Shown here: piece after piece, positions 1-9,770 of the stretch
Layout: each line of letters opens with the position of its first letter
Position numbering within the stretch: the first letter of the stretch is position 1
Source of the DNA: an uncultured delta proteobacterium
GTDB taxonomy: Bacteria; Desulfobacterota; Binatia; UBA9968
NCBI GenBank assembly: GCA_963771465.1
Contig: CAVYTU010000019.1
Coordinates: 96,001 to 160,000 of the forward strand
Direction of reading: 5' to 3'
Length of the DNA stretch: 64,000 nucleotides
Program-made: the position numbers and the translations under genes
Notes under the pieces: model-generated
What the model saw: the letters and a program-made list of their open reading frames with translations, nothing else
What the model was told of the DNA's origin: nothing
Database searches by the model: none

Positions 1-2
1 TC

Positions 3-1145
3 GCCGGGACGCTAGGTTTGTTTGGCTTGATCTTACTCGGTCCGATGCTGACCCAGGTAGCTTTGAGCTTCGGGCCACCGGAATATTTCGCCTTGATGAC
101 GATGGGCCTTACGACCGTCGCCTATCTGGCCGGTCGGTCGATCAGCAAAGCGCTTTTGACGACGGCTGTCGGCCTGCTGCTCTCGACTGTAGGTTTCGAT
201 ATCTTCACCGGCAAACTGCGCTTCACTTTCAATCACAGTGATCTCTCCGACGGCATCAGCTTCATTACCGTTGCCACCGGATTATTCGCCATCGGCGAAG
301 TGCTGTTCAATGTTGGCAGATCATCCGCCCAAGTGGAGATGTTCAAAGTGTCATCGCGGGTGCGCGATCTTCTGCCCAGTTGGCAAGATTTGCGCGATTG
401 CCGCTGGTCGTTCATTCGCGGCACGGTAATCGGTTTCGTCGTCGGCGTGCTTCCCGGGGCGGGTTCGTCGATATCGTCGTTTCTCTCTTACGCGTTGGAG
501 AAGCGCTACTCGGATCATCCCGAACGCTTCGGCAAAGGCGCCATCGAAGGCGTCGCTGGGCCGGAGGGAGCCAACAATGCCGACACCGCCGGCGCCATGG
601 TGCCGATGCTCAGTTTAGGGCTGCCCGGCTCTGGCGGCACAGCCGTTTTGCTCGGCGCGCTGATACTTTACGGCGTCCAGCCAGGCCCGCTGCTTTTTCA
701 ACAACAGCCTAAACTCGTGTGGGGACTGATCGCCAGCATGTACGTCGGCAACGTCATGCTGCTTATTTTAAACCTGCCGCTGGTGCCGCTCTTCGCCAGC
801 ATGTTGCGGCTACCTTATCGTTTTCTCTATCCTTTGATTCTCGGCTTCTGTTTCGTTGGGGTTTACAGCGTCCGCCAAAGCGCGACCGACCTGTGGTTGC
901 TGTCATTTTTTGGCTTGCTCGGCTACTTGTTTCGGATTTACGATTATCCCGCCGCGCCGCTGGTGTTAGGACTTGTCCTCGGGCCGCTGATCGAGCGCGC
1001 GCTGCGCCAGTCGATGGTTCTATCTCAGGGCGACCCGATGATTTTTCTGACCCGGCCGATTTCGGCCAGCCTCATTGGCGTCGCCATCGTCTTGCTCGTC
1101 GGGCCGACGCTGCTCGCGTCGTTCAAAGGAAAGTCTAGCGGGTGA
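3..1145 (+). CDS. tctA: Tripartite tricarboxylate transporter permease (TctA family), 5'-truncated by window edge
   Basis: Hydrophobic ORF open to the window edge, with TctA signatures [33 protein letters not shown] and GVQPGPLLF. Confidence 0.9.
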   Translation, partial: AGTLGLFGLILLGPMLTQVALSFGPPEYFALMTMGLTTVAYLAGRSISKALLTTAVGLLLSTVGFDIFTGKLRFTFNHSDLSDGISFITVATGLFAIGEVLFNVGRSSAQVEMFKVSSRVRDLLPSWQDLRDCRWSFIRGTVIGFVVGVLPGAGSSISSFLSYALEKRYSDHPERFGKGAIEGVAGPEGANNADTAGAMVPMLSLGLPGSGGTAVLLGALILYGVQPGPLLFQQQPKLVWGLIASMYVGNVMLLILNLPLVPLFASMLRLPYRFLYPLILGFCFVGVYSVRQSATDLWLLSFFGLLGYLFRIYDYPAAPLVLGLVLGPLIERALRQSMVLSQGDPMIFLTRPISASLIGVAIVLLVGPTLLASFKGKSSG

Positions 1146-1224
1146 ATTCGCGGTGGGATGACAATAACTAGCGCCACCCGACCGTGAATTTGTAAGTTAC
1201 TGCTCTCGACGAGAAAAACTGAAC

Positions 1225-1296
1225 TCACCACGAAGATCGCGAAGGTTCAGATGTATATGATTCCGACCTTCGTGCTCTTCGTGTCCTTCGTGGTGA
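1225..1296. repeat. Palindromic intergenic repeat built from CACGAAG-type ~9-mer units
   Basis: tcaccacgaag...cttcgtgctcttcgtgtccttcgtggtga inverted repeat between convergent genes; related copies near 28303, 31913 and 38651. Confidence 0.75.
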
Positions 1297-1338
1297 ATAA
1301 TCTCCCTCACTCCAAGCAAAAATCAATGACAATTCAAT

Positions 1339-2451
1339 TCAATGCTGCGGCACGACGCTGACGTGGACCGGGTCCGGCAAGCCTTCGCCGCTCGCGGTCC
1401 GGAGCGCCTCGTCCACATGGTTCAAATCGAATTGATGGCTGCACATCGCGCCGAGGGGAAATTTACCGGACGCAATCGTGTTTAGCGCCATTTCCACCGA
1501 GTTGTAACTATGGCCGCGCGCGGCTTTAACCGCCATGTATTTTAGTTTGATGATACCCAATGGGAAGTTGTTGATCGTTTGATTCATGTTGCCGGCAGCG
1601 ATCACCAAGGTGCTGCGCTTCATATTCAATAAATCCATCGCCGGCAGGATCGTTTGCTCGCTTGCCGCGGCGACATCGATCGCCACGTCGACACCGCGCC
1701 CGCCGGTGATCTCGCGCACCCGTTCGCGCAAATCTTCCTTCTCGACGTTAATGGTAAAATCGGCGCCCAAACGCTTCGCCAGCTCGAGCCGGCTGGTGTC
1801 ACGGGACAAACCTGAGACGATGATGCAGGATGCACCGGCTTCCTTGGCCGCAATCACGCAGCCCAGTCCCTGCTGACCCGGCCCTTCCACCAGCACGCTC
1901 TTGCCCGGACTCACACCGCCCTCGACATAAGCCCACTGCCAGCCGTTGCCGAGGGGCAGCGCCATCGCGGCCTGCTCGGCGGGCACATGGCTCGGCACTT
2001 TGTGAAAAACCGAATTGGTATGCAGATAAAGATACTGGCTAAAACCGCCCCACAATGCCGGCGCCACCGTCACCGCCGTCGAGCCGTAGCGCGCCGCGTT
2101 GGGCGTGTTGTGAATATCGGTTTCATAGCACATGCGAAAATCGCCCGCTCGGCAATACTCGCAGTAGCCGCACGGCAGATATTCTTCCAGGGCAACTCGA
2201 TCGCCTTCCTTGACGCCCCAACGCTGCGCCGCGATTTTGCCGACCTTGGCGATGAAACCGATATTCTCATGCCCCATGATATGCGCCCCATTGCGCGAGG
2301 CGCGCGGATAGGAACGCACGTCGCTGCCGCAAATCCCCGCAGCCTCGACTTTCAATAGTCCGCCGTCAATCGGCACCTCCGGCAAATCGAACTCCCGCAC
2401 CTCAGTCTGCTTGGGCCCAATCTTGACTGCCGCCGTTACTTTCCCTGCCAT
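1339..2451 (-). CDS. Zinc-dependent alcohol dehydrogenase (MDR family)
   Basis: GICGSD and GHE catalytic Zn ligands, CGYCEYCRAGDFRMC structural Zn motif, GPGQQG nucleotide-binding motif. Confidence 0.9.
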   Translation of the reverse strand: MAGKVTAAVKIGPKQTEVREFDLPEVPIDGGLLKVEAAGICGSDVRSYPRASRNGAHIMGHENIGFIAKVGKIAAQRWGVKEGDRVALEEYLPCGYCEYCRAGDFRMCYETDIHNTPNAARYGSTAVTVAPALWGGFSQYLYLHTNSVFHKVPSHVPAEQAAMALPLGNGWQWAYVEGGVSPGKSVLVEGPGQQGLGCVIAAKEAGASCIIVSGLSRDTSRLELAKRLGADFTINVEKEDLRERVREITGGRGVDVAIDVAAASEQTILPAMDLLNMKRSTLVIAAGNMNQTINNFPLGIIKLKYMAVKAARGHSYNSVEMALNTIASGKFPLGAMCSHQFDLNHVDEALRTASGEGLPDPVHVSVVPQH

Positions 2452-2591
2452 GTGACTAACTCTCTTTCCCGCATGCAGCGTCGCATGCGACTTTCGGTAT
2501 TGGATTGAAAAATCTTTTACTCACCTCATGGGCCACGAAAGGTTGATTCGTTCTTGTGACCTTTGTGCTCCACGGGGTCGTTCTTTTATCT

Positions 2592-3860
2592 CTACCAGCG
2601 CGCCACCAATTTGTCCTTTGCCGCTTCTTGCCAGCGCACATCTTTTGGAATAGTCACATCGGTCGCGCGCAGATTGCGATAGCCGTTGGAATCCGCTCCC
2701 GGCGGATCGATGCCGTTGCGCAGATCGTTAGCGGCATCGAGCATGCAGCGGCGAAATTGGATGATCGCTTTATCCGTCGTGCCCAGATGTTCCCGCGAGC
2801 GGTCGATGATCGGTCCCATACTTTCTTGTACCGCCAAATCTTGAGTATTGAGACCGCGAATACCGGTAAACGTTTTCTTGCGCTGCAACTCGCGATCGAT
2901 GAGCCAATCATTGGCGCGGGTTTGATGACGAATGACACCTTCGCCGTTGGGACCGCGGCCCGCCGAAGTTTCGCGTTTCAGGATAAGTTCCGGCGATAGC
3001 GTTTTGTCTTCGTCCACTGAAAGCATCCAGTTAAACACCATGGTATTTTCATCGTCCATGGGTACCCACATATGGCCTTGGATCATCGGTAATGCTTCCC
3101 GATTGCCGCTGCCACCGAAATCCACTTGATGGGAACGGAACTGGTGAAACGGCAGCACGAACTGATAAATGCGCACGTAGTTGCCGATCTCGCCCAGATT
3201 GCGGATGCCGGCGTAGCGAAATCCATAGGCGGTCCGTTCGACCTCCAGTTTTGGCGCCGTGTCGATGCGCTTGAAGTGGCGCTCGTTGGATAAATCGTTG
3301 TTGTGCAAGAACGAAGAGTGAACCGTATCGATGCCGCCCTCGACCGCTTGGGCATAGTTGGCGAACTCGTGAGTCTTGGAAACGGCGCGGTATTGCTCCG
3401 GCGCCCGGCTCCACTCCATACCCGGCGACTCAGGCTGCTTATCCGACGGACCCATATAAGCCCAAATCACTCCGCCCTGATCGAGGGTTGGATAAGATGT
3501 GATATGAATCTTGTCTTTGAAGTTACTCTCCGCGGGTTCATTGGGCATGTCGACGCAAGCGCCCGCCACGTCGAATTTCCAACCGTGATAAACACAGCGC
3601 AGGCCGCACTCTTCGTTTCGCCCCAAGAATAGCGACGCTCGGCGATGCGGGCAGAACTCGTCGAGCAAGCCGACCCGTCCCTCTGTATCGCGAAATGCGA
3701 CCAACTCTTCGCCCAGAAGCTTGACCCGCACCGGAGGACAATCAGGCGCGGGAATGTCAGATGAAAGCAGCGCCGGCATCCAATAGCGCCGCATCAGGTC
3801 GCCCATCGGCGTGCCCGGTCCGACTTGCGTGAGGATTTTGTTCTCTTCGCGCGATAACAT
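2592..3860 (-). CDS. Rieske non-heme iron oxygenase alpha subunit (phthalate 4,5-dioxygenase/LigXa-like)
   Basis: CPHRRASL...CVYHGWKF Rieske motif; EGGIDTVHSSFLH and QDLAVQESMGPIIDRSREHLG mononuclear-iron region. Confidence 0.92.
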   Translation of the reverse strand: MLSREENKILTQVGPGTPMGDLMRRYWMPALLSSDIPAPDCPPVRVKLLGEELVAFRDTEGRVGLLDEFCPHRRASLFLGRNEECGLRCVYHGWKFDVAGACVDMPNEPAESNFKDKIHITSYPTLDQGGVIWAYMGPSDKQPESPGMEWSRAPEQYRAVSKTHEFANYAQAVEGGIDTVHSSFLHNNDLSNERHFKRIDTAPKLEVERTAYGFRYAGIRNLGEIGNYVRIYQFVLPFHQFRSHQVDFGGSGNREALPMIQGHMWVPMDDENTMVFNWMLSVDEDKTLSPELILKRETSAGRGPNGEGVIRHQTRANDWLIDRELQRKKTFTGIRGLNTQDLAVQESMGPIIDRSREHLGTTDKAIIQFRRCMLDAANDLRNGIDPPGADSNGYRNLRATDVTIPKDVRWQEAAKDKLVARW

Positions 3861-3952
3861 TTACTTTCCTCCCAGGTTGCTAAACTAACTCACTCACTAC
3901 CTGTCCTATCGAAAGAACGGTCGTTGCTCAAGAGCGGAATGGCATTGCTAGA

Positions 3953-3980
3953 TTGACACAGATTACGATTCTATTATAGG
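3953..3980 (+). promoter_or_regulatory. Candidate sigma70 promoter for the cupin/ABC operon
   Basis: TTGACA (3953-3958), 16-nt spacer, TATAGG in the divergent intergenic region. Confidence 0.35.
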
Positions 3981-4049
3981 TGTCAGGATGTACAGTTCAA
4001 AATCTTGGCAATCATGCACAAGCATCGTCGATCTATCTAGGAGTCATTC

Positions 4050-5105
4050 ATGGCCAATCCCCCAGCGCGATATTCCAAGCCGCGAGTTTTTGTTCGGGCA
4101 GTCGAAAGCATCACCTATTCACTCAACGATATGCGGCGCCAGCGGCTCGCGAACACGCCACGGGTGATTCGCCGTGACTATCAGGAATTACTGCACGCCA
4201 CCGGCGATAAGGTCGAAGAAAAATCCATCATCAGCCCCGGCAAAGAACCCTTCGTCACGCAAAGCCTCCATTGCCACTTCGTCCTGCTCCCGCCCGGCGC
4301 GCGCGACAAGGGTCACGGCCACCAGAACGAGGCGTTCATTTACTTTCTCCAGGGGCGCGGTTTCGACATGCACGACGGCGTCCGCTACAACTGGGAAGCC
4401 GGCGATTGTTTGGCCGTGCACAACGATTCGGTGCACTGGCACAACAATCTCGATCCCGACCGGCCGGCGGTGGGACTGATCATGAAGGCGAAACCGACAT
4501 GGCTATTCTTAGGCCTGCACCAGCAAGGACCGCTCGGCACCACACCGGCGGCGGACGACGACCGCTGGGGCCCGCCGACCGAACTTTCCATCGTTCGCGC
4601 GCCGGCCGATGAAAAGCTACAAAAAGTTCTCAAGGCCAATGACACACCGTGGCAAATGACGCCGCACGGCAAATTGCGTTTGCTCGCCGACGCCACCGTG
4701 CCCCTGCGGGTCAAGGCCATCGATGTGCATCTGCAGGATATTCCCGGCGGCAGCCGGTCGGGAAAACAGTGGCAGATGGCCGATGAAGTCTTCTACGTAC
4801 TTGAAGGCAAAGGCTACGATCACCACTGGGACGTCGACGTCGATATAACCGACAAGTACTACGCGCGTATCGCCAAGCAGCCGAGCCGCTGGGATTGGCA
4901 AGCCGGCGATCTGGTCTACATTCCGCATAACAGCGTCCATCAGCACTTCAATGCCGATCCAGCAAAACCGGCACGTCTAATCTCCGCCACCAATCGGCTT
5001 TACAAAATGCTCGGCTACTCCAGAATCGAGCAGCTTGAGAATGCGCCGGAGTATGGCGCGTCGACCCAACCTCGCGCGGCGGTCATGGAGCATCGGGTGT
5101 CGTAG
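4050..5105 (+). CDS. Bicupin protein (gentisate-dioxygenase-like cupin architecture)
   Basis: Two cupin repeats: GHGHQNEAFIYFLQGRG...HWHNN and GKQWQMADEVFYVLEGKG...PHNSVHQHFN; RBS AGGAG. Confidence 0.8.
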   Translation: MANPPARYSKPRVFVRAVESITYSLNDMRRQRLANTPRVIRRDYQELLHATGDKVEEKSIISPGKEPFVTQSLHCHFVLLPPGARDKGHGHQNEAFIYFLQGRGFDMHDGVRYNWEAGDCLAVHNDSVHWHNNLDPDRPAVGLIMKAKPTWLFLGLHQQGPLGTTPAADDDRWGPPTELSIVRAPADEKLQKVLKANDTPWQMTPHGKLRLLADATVPLRVKAIDVHLQDIPGGSRSGKQWQMADEVFYVLEGKGYDHHWDVDVDITDKYYARIAKQPSRWDWQAGDLVYIPHNSVHQHFNADPAKPARLISATNRLYKMLGYSRIEQLENAPEYGASTQPRAAVMEHRVS

Positions 5106-5133
5106 GTCAAGGATAAACGATGGAGCAGGAAAG

Positions 5134-6258
5134 ATGGCGTTTCTCCTAATAAAATTATTGGTGATTTTTTTGGCAGCGGCGTGGTTTTCCGGGTCGAGCG
5201 CCCTCGCGGCTGCCGCGAGCCCGGCTTTGTTGAAAGCAAAAAAAGACGCCGACGCCCGAGGCTACACGTTCGTCACCAGCCGCGACGAGATCGTCAACAA
5301 AGCCAAGCAAGAAGGCAGACTGCGCGTGCTTGCCGAGATGGAGCCGCCGACGATCAAAGCCGCGGTCAAGGCGTTTACCAGCAAATATCCATTCATCAAC
5401 CTGCACATTGAAGAGATCAGCGGCGCCGACGCCGCGCGGCGCAATATTCTGGAAATCAAGAGCGGCATGGCCAAAGACTGGGACGTGCTCCATCTCTCCA
5501 CCGATTTCTACAACGAATATCTACCCTATTTGTGGAAGATGGATATCGTCGGCATGGCCCAGCAGGGAATTTTGCAGATTCCGGTGGCGATGATCGATCC
5601 CAAACATCGTAACGTGGCCGGCTTTTACAGCCGCTTTCAAGTGACCCCCTACAACAAGACTCTGGTCCCTACGGACAAACTGCCAAGACTCTGGGAAGAT
5701 TTGCTCAAGCCAGAATTCAAAGGCAAAAAATTCGCCGCCGATATACGCCCGACGGAAATAGCCGCACTGGTGCCGGCGTTCGGTTTGGAGAAAACCCTCG
5801 ACTTTGCTCGAAAGATAGCGGCGCAAGACCCCATTTGGGTGCGCGGCGGCAGTCGGACCGTAACTCGATCGCCGCCGGCGAGGTGCCGATGATGATCGGC
5901 CCCAATTTTCACACCACCAAACGGGCGATCAGGCAAAGACCGTTTGGGCAATTTGCAATTCGTAGCGCTCGAACCAGTGCCGGTGCGTTTGTCGCTGGAA
6001 GAAGCGATTCAGGCCGGCAGCAAGAATCCCCATGCCGGGCTGTTGTTTCTCGAATGGATGGCCAGTCCCGAGTCGCAAAAAATTGCCGATGAAAACGAGC
6101 CGGCGAGCTCGTCGTTGCATGTGCGCGGCGGCATTGTCGAACAGGAACTGCGTGGCAAGAAACTTTCCACCGTGAGCTGGGAGCATCACCAACAGATGGA
6201 CCAATGGCAGGCGAAAGTTTTCGAGGCCTACGGTTTTCCGAAGGCCGAGGGCAAATAA
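5134..6258 (+). CDS. ABC solute-binding protein (Fe3+/thiamine-like family), two apparent frameshifts (~5861, ~5929)
   Basis: Signal peptide; three frames join into a protein collinear with paralog 8617-9759 (ADIRPTEIAALVPA; WVRGGSR / IAAGEVPMMIGPNFH / EPVPVRL...AYGFPKAE). Confidence 0.8.
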
Positions 6259-6297
6259 CCGCTACAACGTCGAGCACGAATCATAGGAGGAAACCCA

Positions 6298-6864
6298 ATG
6301 CCAATGGAAGAGTCCAGAAAATGGCGCAAAGGTAGCAAGACGGCGACCTACTACGCCGACGACCTGAAGCGCACCAAGGAAGAGAAACTTGAGCTCGATA
6401 AATATCCCAAAGCGGTCAAGCCGGAAGAAATGCCCTGGGAAGACAGTCCTCATGGCCGCCTTAAGCACATGGCGCGCGAGGACATCAACGCGCGAATCAA
6501 AGATATCGACATGTACCAGCAGGAATTGGCGCCCGGCGGGCGTTCGGGCAAACATCGCCACACCGCCGAAGAGCTGATGTTTATATTGGAAGGACGCGGC
6601 TACTCGCTTCATTGGGACGTCGACTTCGATCTCGACGACGAAGGCTACAAATGGCATACCCCTACCGAACCTAAGCGCTTCGATTGGGAAGAAGGCGATC
6701 TGGTTTTCATCCCGATCAACACCGTACATCAGCATTTCAACAGCGATCCAGATAAACCGGCGCGCTTTGTTTCGGCTAGTAACCGCATCTACAAGACGCT
6801 CGGCTTGGGCGACGTGGAAGAGCTCGAAGAAGCTCCGCCGTTCGATAAAAAAATCGGTCTCTAA
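6298..6864 (+). CDS. Monocupin protein (homologous to C-terminal domain of 4050-5105)
   Basis: GGRSGKHRHTAEELMFILEGRGYSLHWDVD...PINTVHQHFN; RBS GGAGG. Confidence 0.82.
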   Translation: MPMEESRKWRKGSKTATYYADDLKRTKEEKLELDKYPKAVKPEEMPWEDSPHGRLKHMAREDINARIKDIDMYQQELAPGGRSGKHRHTAEELMFILEGRGYSLHWDVDFDLDDEGYKWHTPTEPKRFDWEEGDLVFIPINTVHQHFNSDPDKPARFVSASNRIYKTLGLGDVEELEEAPPFDKKIGL

Positions 6865-6885
6865 AAAATTGAGGAGGATCATCCA

Positions 6886-7439
6886 GTGGAACAACAAATG
6901 TATGACGAAGAACGTTGTTACGTGCGCGGCATCGGCGCCAAGAGCTACAGTCTCAAGCAGGAATTGGAACGATTGCGCAGCATGCCGCGGGTCATCAAAG
7001 GCGCGAATTTACCTTGGCGCAGCGGCCCGCAAGTATTTCACAAAAATATGTTGAACCCGGGTCACAAACTTACCAAAGCTTGCACTGTTCCCAGGAGGAA
7101 TTGGCGCCCGGCGGCAAGTCGCAGAAGCACGGCCACCAGAACTCGGCGCTGCTCTACGTGCTGGAGGGCGAAGGGTACGATATCCACGACGGCAAACGCT
7201 ACGACTGGAACGCCGGCGACCTCGTGCTGGTCACGCCCGGCTGCGTGCATCAACATTTCAACGCGCTTAAAGATCGCCCGGCTCGCGTTCTAATTATCAA
7301 GGCGAAACCCATGTTTCTATTCATGGGGCTAATTCAGCAGGGTTTCGTCGAAAAAGCGCCAAAACAGGCTCAGCCAGGCTGGGAAGATTTCAAGCCGTTG
7401 CACGGCTCGTTTCTCGAACAGATCGAAAAAAATAAATAA
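6886..7439 (+). CDS. Monocupin protein (homologous to N-terminal domain of 4050-5105), one apparent frameshift ~7072
   Basis: GTG start after GAGGAGG; a frame change restores TQSLHC...KHGHQNSALLYVLEGEGYDIHDG...HQHFN...IIKAKP. Confidence 0.75.
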
Positions 7440-7458
7440 ATGGTTTAGGAGGCAGGCT

Positions 7459-8586
7459 GTGAAAGTGCGTCTCTTCATAGGAATGGTTGCGTTGGTCGTG
7501 CTCGGCTGTTGGATTCATTCATCAGAAGCGTTTGGCGCTGCCGCTCCAAGCCCGGCGTTGATCAAAGCCAAACAGGAGGCCGAGGCGAGGGGTTTAACGT
7601 TCGAAACCAGCCGCGATGAGATTCTCGCCAAAGCCAAGAAGGAGGGCCGGTTGCGGGTTTTGAGCTCTCTCGATCCCATCAGTTTCAAGCCGATGGCCGA
7701 CTCGTTCAAGAAAAAATACCCGTTCATCGACATTCAGATCTCGGAGCTCACCGGCACGGAGGCGCTGCAGCGCCACTTGTTGGAATTGAAAGCCGGCACG
7801 CTCAAGGATTGGGACATCCTGCACGCCTCCGAAGATTCCTACACCGATTTTACTAACCACACGATGAAGCTCGACGTCTTGGGCATGGCTGAGCAGGGAG
7901 TATTGCGGATCAATCCCAAGATGGTCGATCCGGAAAATCGCGCCATCGTCGCCGTCGCCAGCGGCATGTGCGGCATCGCCTACAACAAGACGCTCGTGCC
8001 GGGCGACCGGGTGCCGAACCAGTTGGAAGATGTGCTCAAGCCTGAATTCAAAGGCAAGAAGTTGGTGGTCGACATCCGACCGCACTGCATGTCGGCGCTG
8101 ATGGTCGCCCAGGGTGAAGAATGGGTGGTGAACTATGCGCGCAAAATCAAGGAGCAAGACCCCGTCTGGGTGCGCGGCAACACGCGCTCGCTGACATCGA
8201 TCTCCGTCGGCGAGTACACCATGCACCAACTCAGCAACTACCATTCCTGCGTGCGTGCCGCGCAAAAGGATAAGAGCAAGAATCTCGTTTGTAAAATCGT
8301 CGAGCCGGTGTCGATCCGGATTCAAGAACCCGATTTTGTCGTCAAGAGCGCGGCCAATGTTTCCTCGGCGCTGCTGTTTTTAGAACATCAAGCGAGCCCG
8401 GAAGGCCAAAAGGTTCTCGATGAAATTGAACCGATGAAATCCAGCATCTTCGGCCCCGGTCAAGTCAGCAAAACAGTTCAGGGGAAGAAAATTTCGCTCA
8501 ATGATTTTCGCACCTATCACAAAACTCAAGGCTGGATGAAAATGATTGTCGAGGCATACGGCTTTCCCAAAGCCGAGATTCGTTAG
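7459..8586 (+). CDS. ABC solute-binding protein (Fe3+/thiamine-like family)
   Basis: Signal peptide, AKAKKEGRL, IAYNKTLV, LKPEFKGK, C-terminal AYGFPKAE. Confidence 0.85.
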   Translation: MKVRLFIGMVALVVLGCWIHSSEAFGAAAPSPALIKAKQEAEARGLTFETSRDEILAKAKKEGRLRVLSSLDPISFKPMADSFKKKYPFIDIQISELTGTEALQRHLLELKAGTLKDWDILHASEDSYTDFTNHTMKLDVLGMAEQGVLRINPKMVDPENRAIVAVASGMCGIAYNKTLVPGDRVPNQLEDVLKPEFKGKKLVVDIRPHCMSALMVAQGEEWVVNYARKIKEQDPVWVRGNTRSLTSISVGEYTMHQLSNYHSCVRAAQKDKSKNLVCKIVEPVSIRIQEPDFVVKSAANVSSALLFLEHQASPEGQKVLDEIEPMKSSIFGPGQVSKTVQGKKISLNDFRTYHKTQGWMKMIVEAYGFPKAEIR

Positions 8587-8616
8587 CAAACGTTGTTAAT
8601 CAATGAATCAAGCGCC

Positions 8617-9759
8617 ATGAACAACGCCAAAACGTATTCATTGCCTGGGATTATTTTCCTAATCTGCGCGCTCCAATGGTTGGCAACTGTGGTCGGCGCT
8701 TATGGCGCCGCTGCGCCCGCTGCGGCGTTGCTCAAAGCCAAGCAGGAGGCCGAAACCAGAGGTTATGTCTTCGAAACCAGCCGCGACGAGATATTGGCTA
8801 GAGCCAAAAAAGAGGGACGCCTACGTGCGCTTAGCTCCCTCGAAGGCCCGACGATCAAGGCGATGGCCGATGGGTTTCGCGCCGAGTATCCCTTCCTCAA
8901 TGTATATATCGAGGAAGTCACCGGCACTGACGCCAATCAGCGCTTCGTTTTGGAAATGAAAGCGGGCCGGACCGCCAATTGGGACGTTACCCATTTGGCC
9001 ACCGACCTTTACAACGATTACCATCCTTATCTTAGAAAATTGGATATTCTAGGAATGTCGCAACAAAGCGTGTTGACTATCCCGCCACAACTGATCGATC
9101 CTGTGAACCGCAACATCATCGCTTCAACCAGCGCGCTCCAAGTGGTCGCCTATAACAAGAAGCTAATACCGACGGAAAAAGTCCCGGAGGCCTGGGAGGA
9201 TTTTCTCAAGCCGGAATTCAAAGGACAAAAATTCGTTGCCGATATTCGGCCCACGGAAATCGCCGCGTTGGTTCCGGCCTGGGGTTTAGAAAAGACGATC
9301 GACTTCGCGCGGCGGCTCGGCGCGCAACAGCCGGTGTGGGTGCGCGGCGGCTCGCGCATGATCACCGCGATCATGCTCGGAGAGTATGCGCTGTTTATCG
9401 GCCCCAATTACCACACCGTGAAACGGGCGCAGACCAAAGACCCGGCTGGCGTACTCGACTACAAGATCGTCGAACCGGTTCCTACTCGGCTGAGCGATGC
9501 CGCAGCCGTCTTGACCGCGGCACCGAATCCCTACGCTGGGCTTTTGTGGTTGGAATTTCTCGGCTCGCCGCGAGGACAAAAGATCGCTGAAGACTCAGAG
9601 CCCTTCGGCGCGTCGATCTTCATACCCGGATTCGCTCAGGAGCAAATCACCCGCGGCAAAAAACGTTCGATCGTCGATTGGAACCATTTCGCCAAAATGC
9701 CAGAGTATCAATCCAAAATCGTTGAAGCCTACGGCTTCCCCAAAGCAGAAAGAAAGTAG
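8617..9759 (+). CDS. ABC solute-binding protein (Fe3+/thiamine-like family)
   Basis: Same motifs as paralogs (AYNKKLI, WEDFLKPEFKG, AYGFPKAE); start uncertain (8593 or 8617). Confidence 0.85.
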   Translation: MNNAKTYSLPGIIFLICALQWLATVVGAYGAAAPAAALLKAKQEAETRGYVFETSRDEILARAKKEGRLRALSSLEGPTIKAMADGFRAEYPFLNVYIEEVTGTDANQRFVLEMKAGRTANWDVTHLATDLYNDYHPYLRKLDILGMSQQSVLTIPPQLIDPVNRNIIASTSALQVVAYNKKLIPTEKVPEAWEDFLKPEFKGQKFVADIRPTEIAALVPAWGLEKTIDFARRLGAQQPVWVRGGSRMITAIMLGEYALFIGPNYHTVKRAQTKDPAGVLDYKIVEPVPTRLSDAAAVLTAAPNPYAGLLWLEFLGSPRGQKIAEDSEPFGASIFIPGFAQEQITRGKKRSIVDWNHFAKMPEYQSKIVEAYGFPKAERK

Positions 9760-9770
9760 CGATTAGCTCT

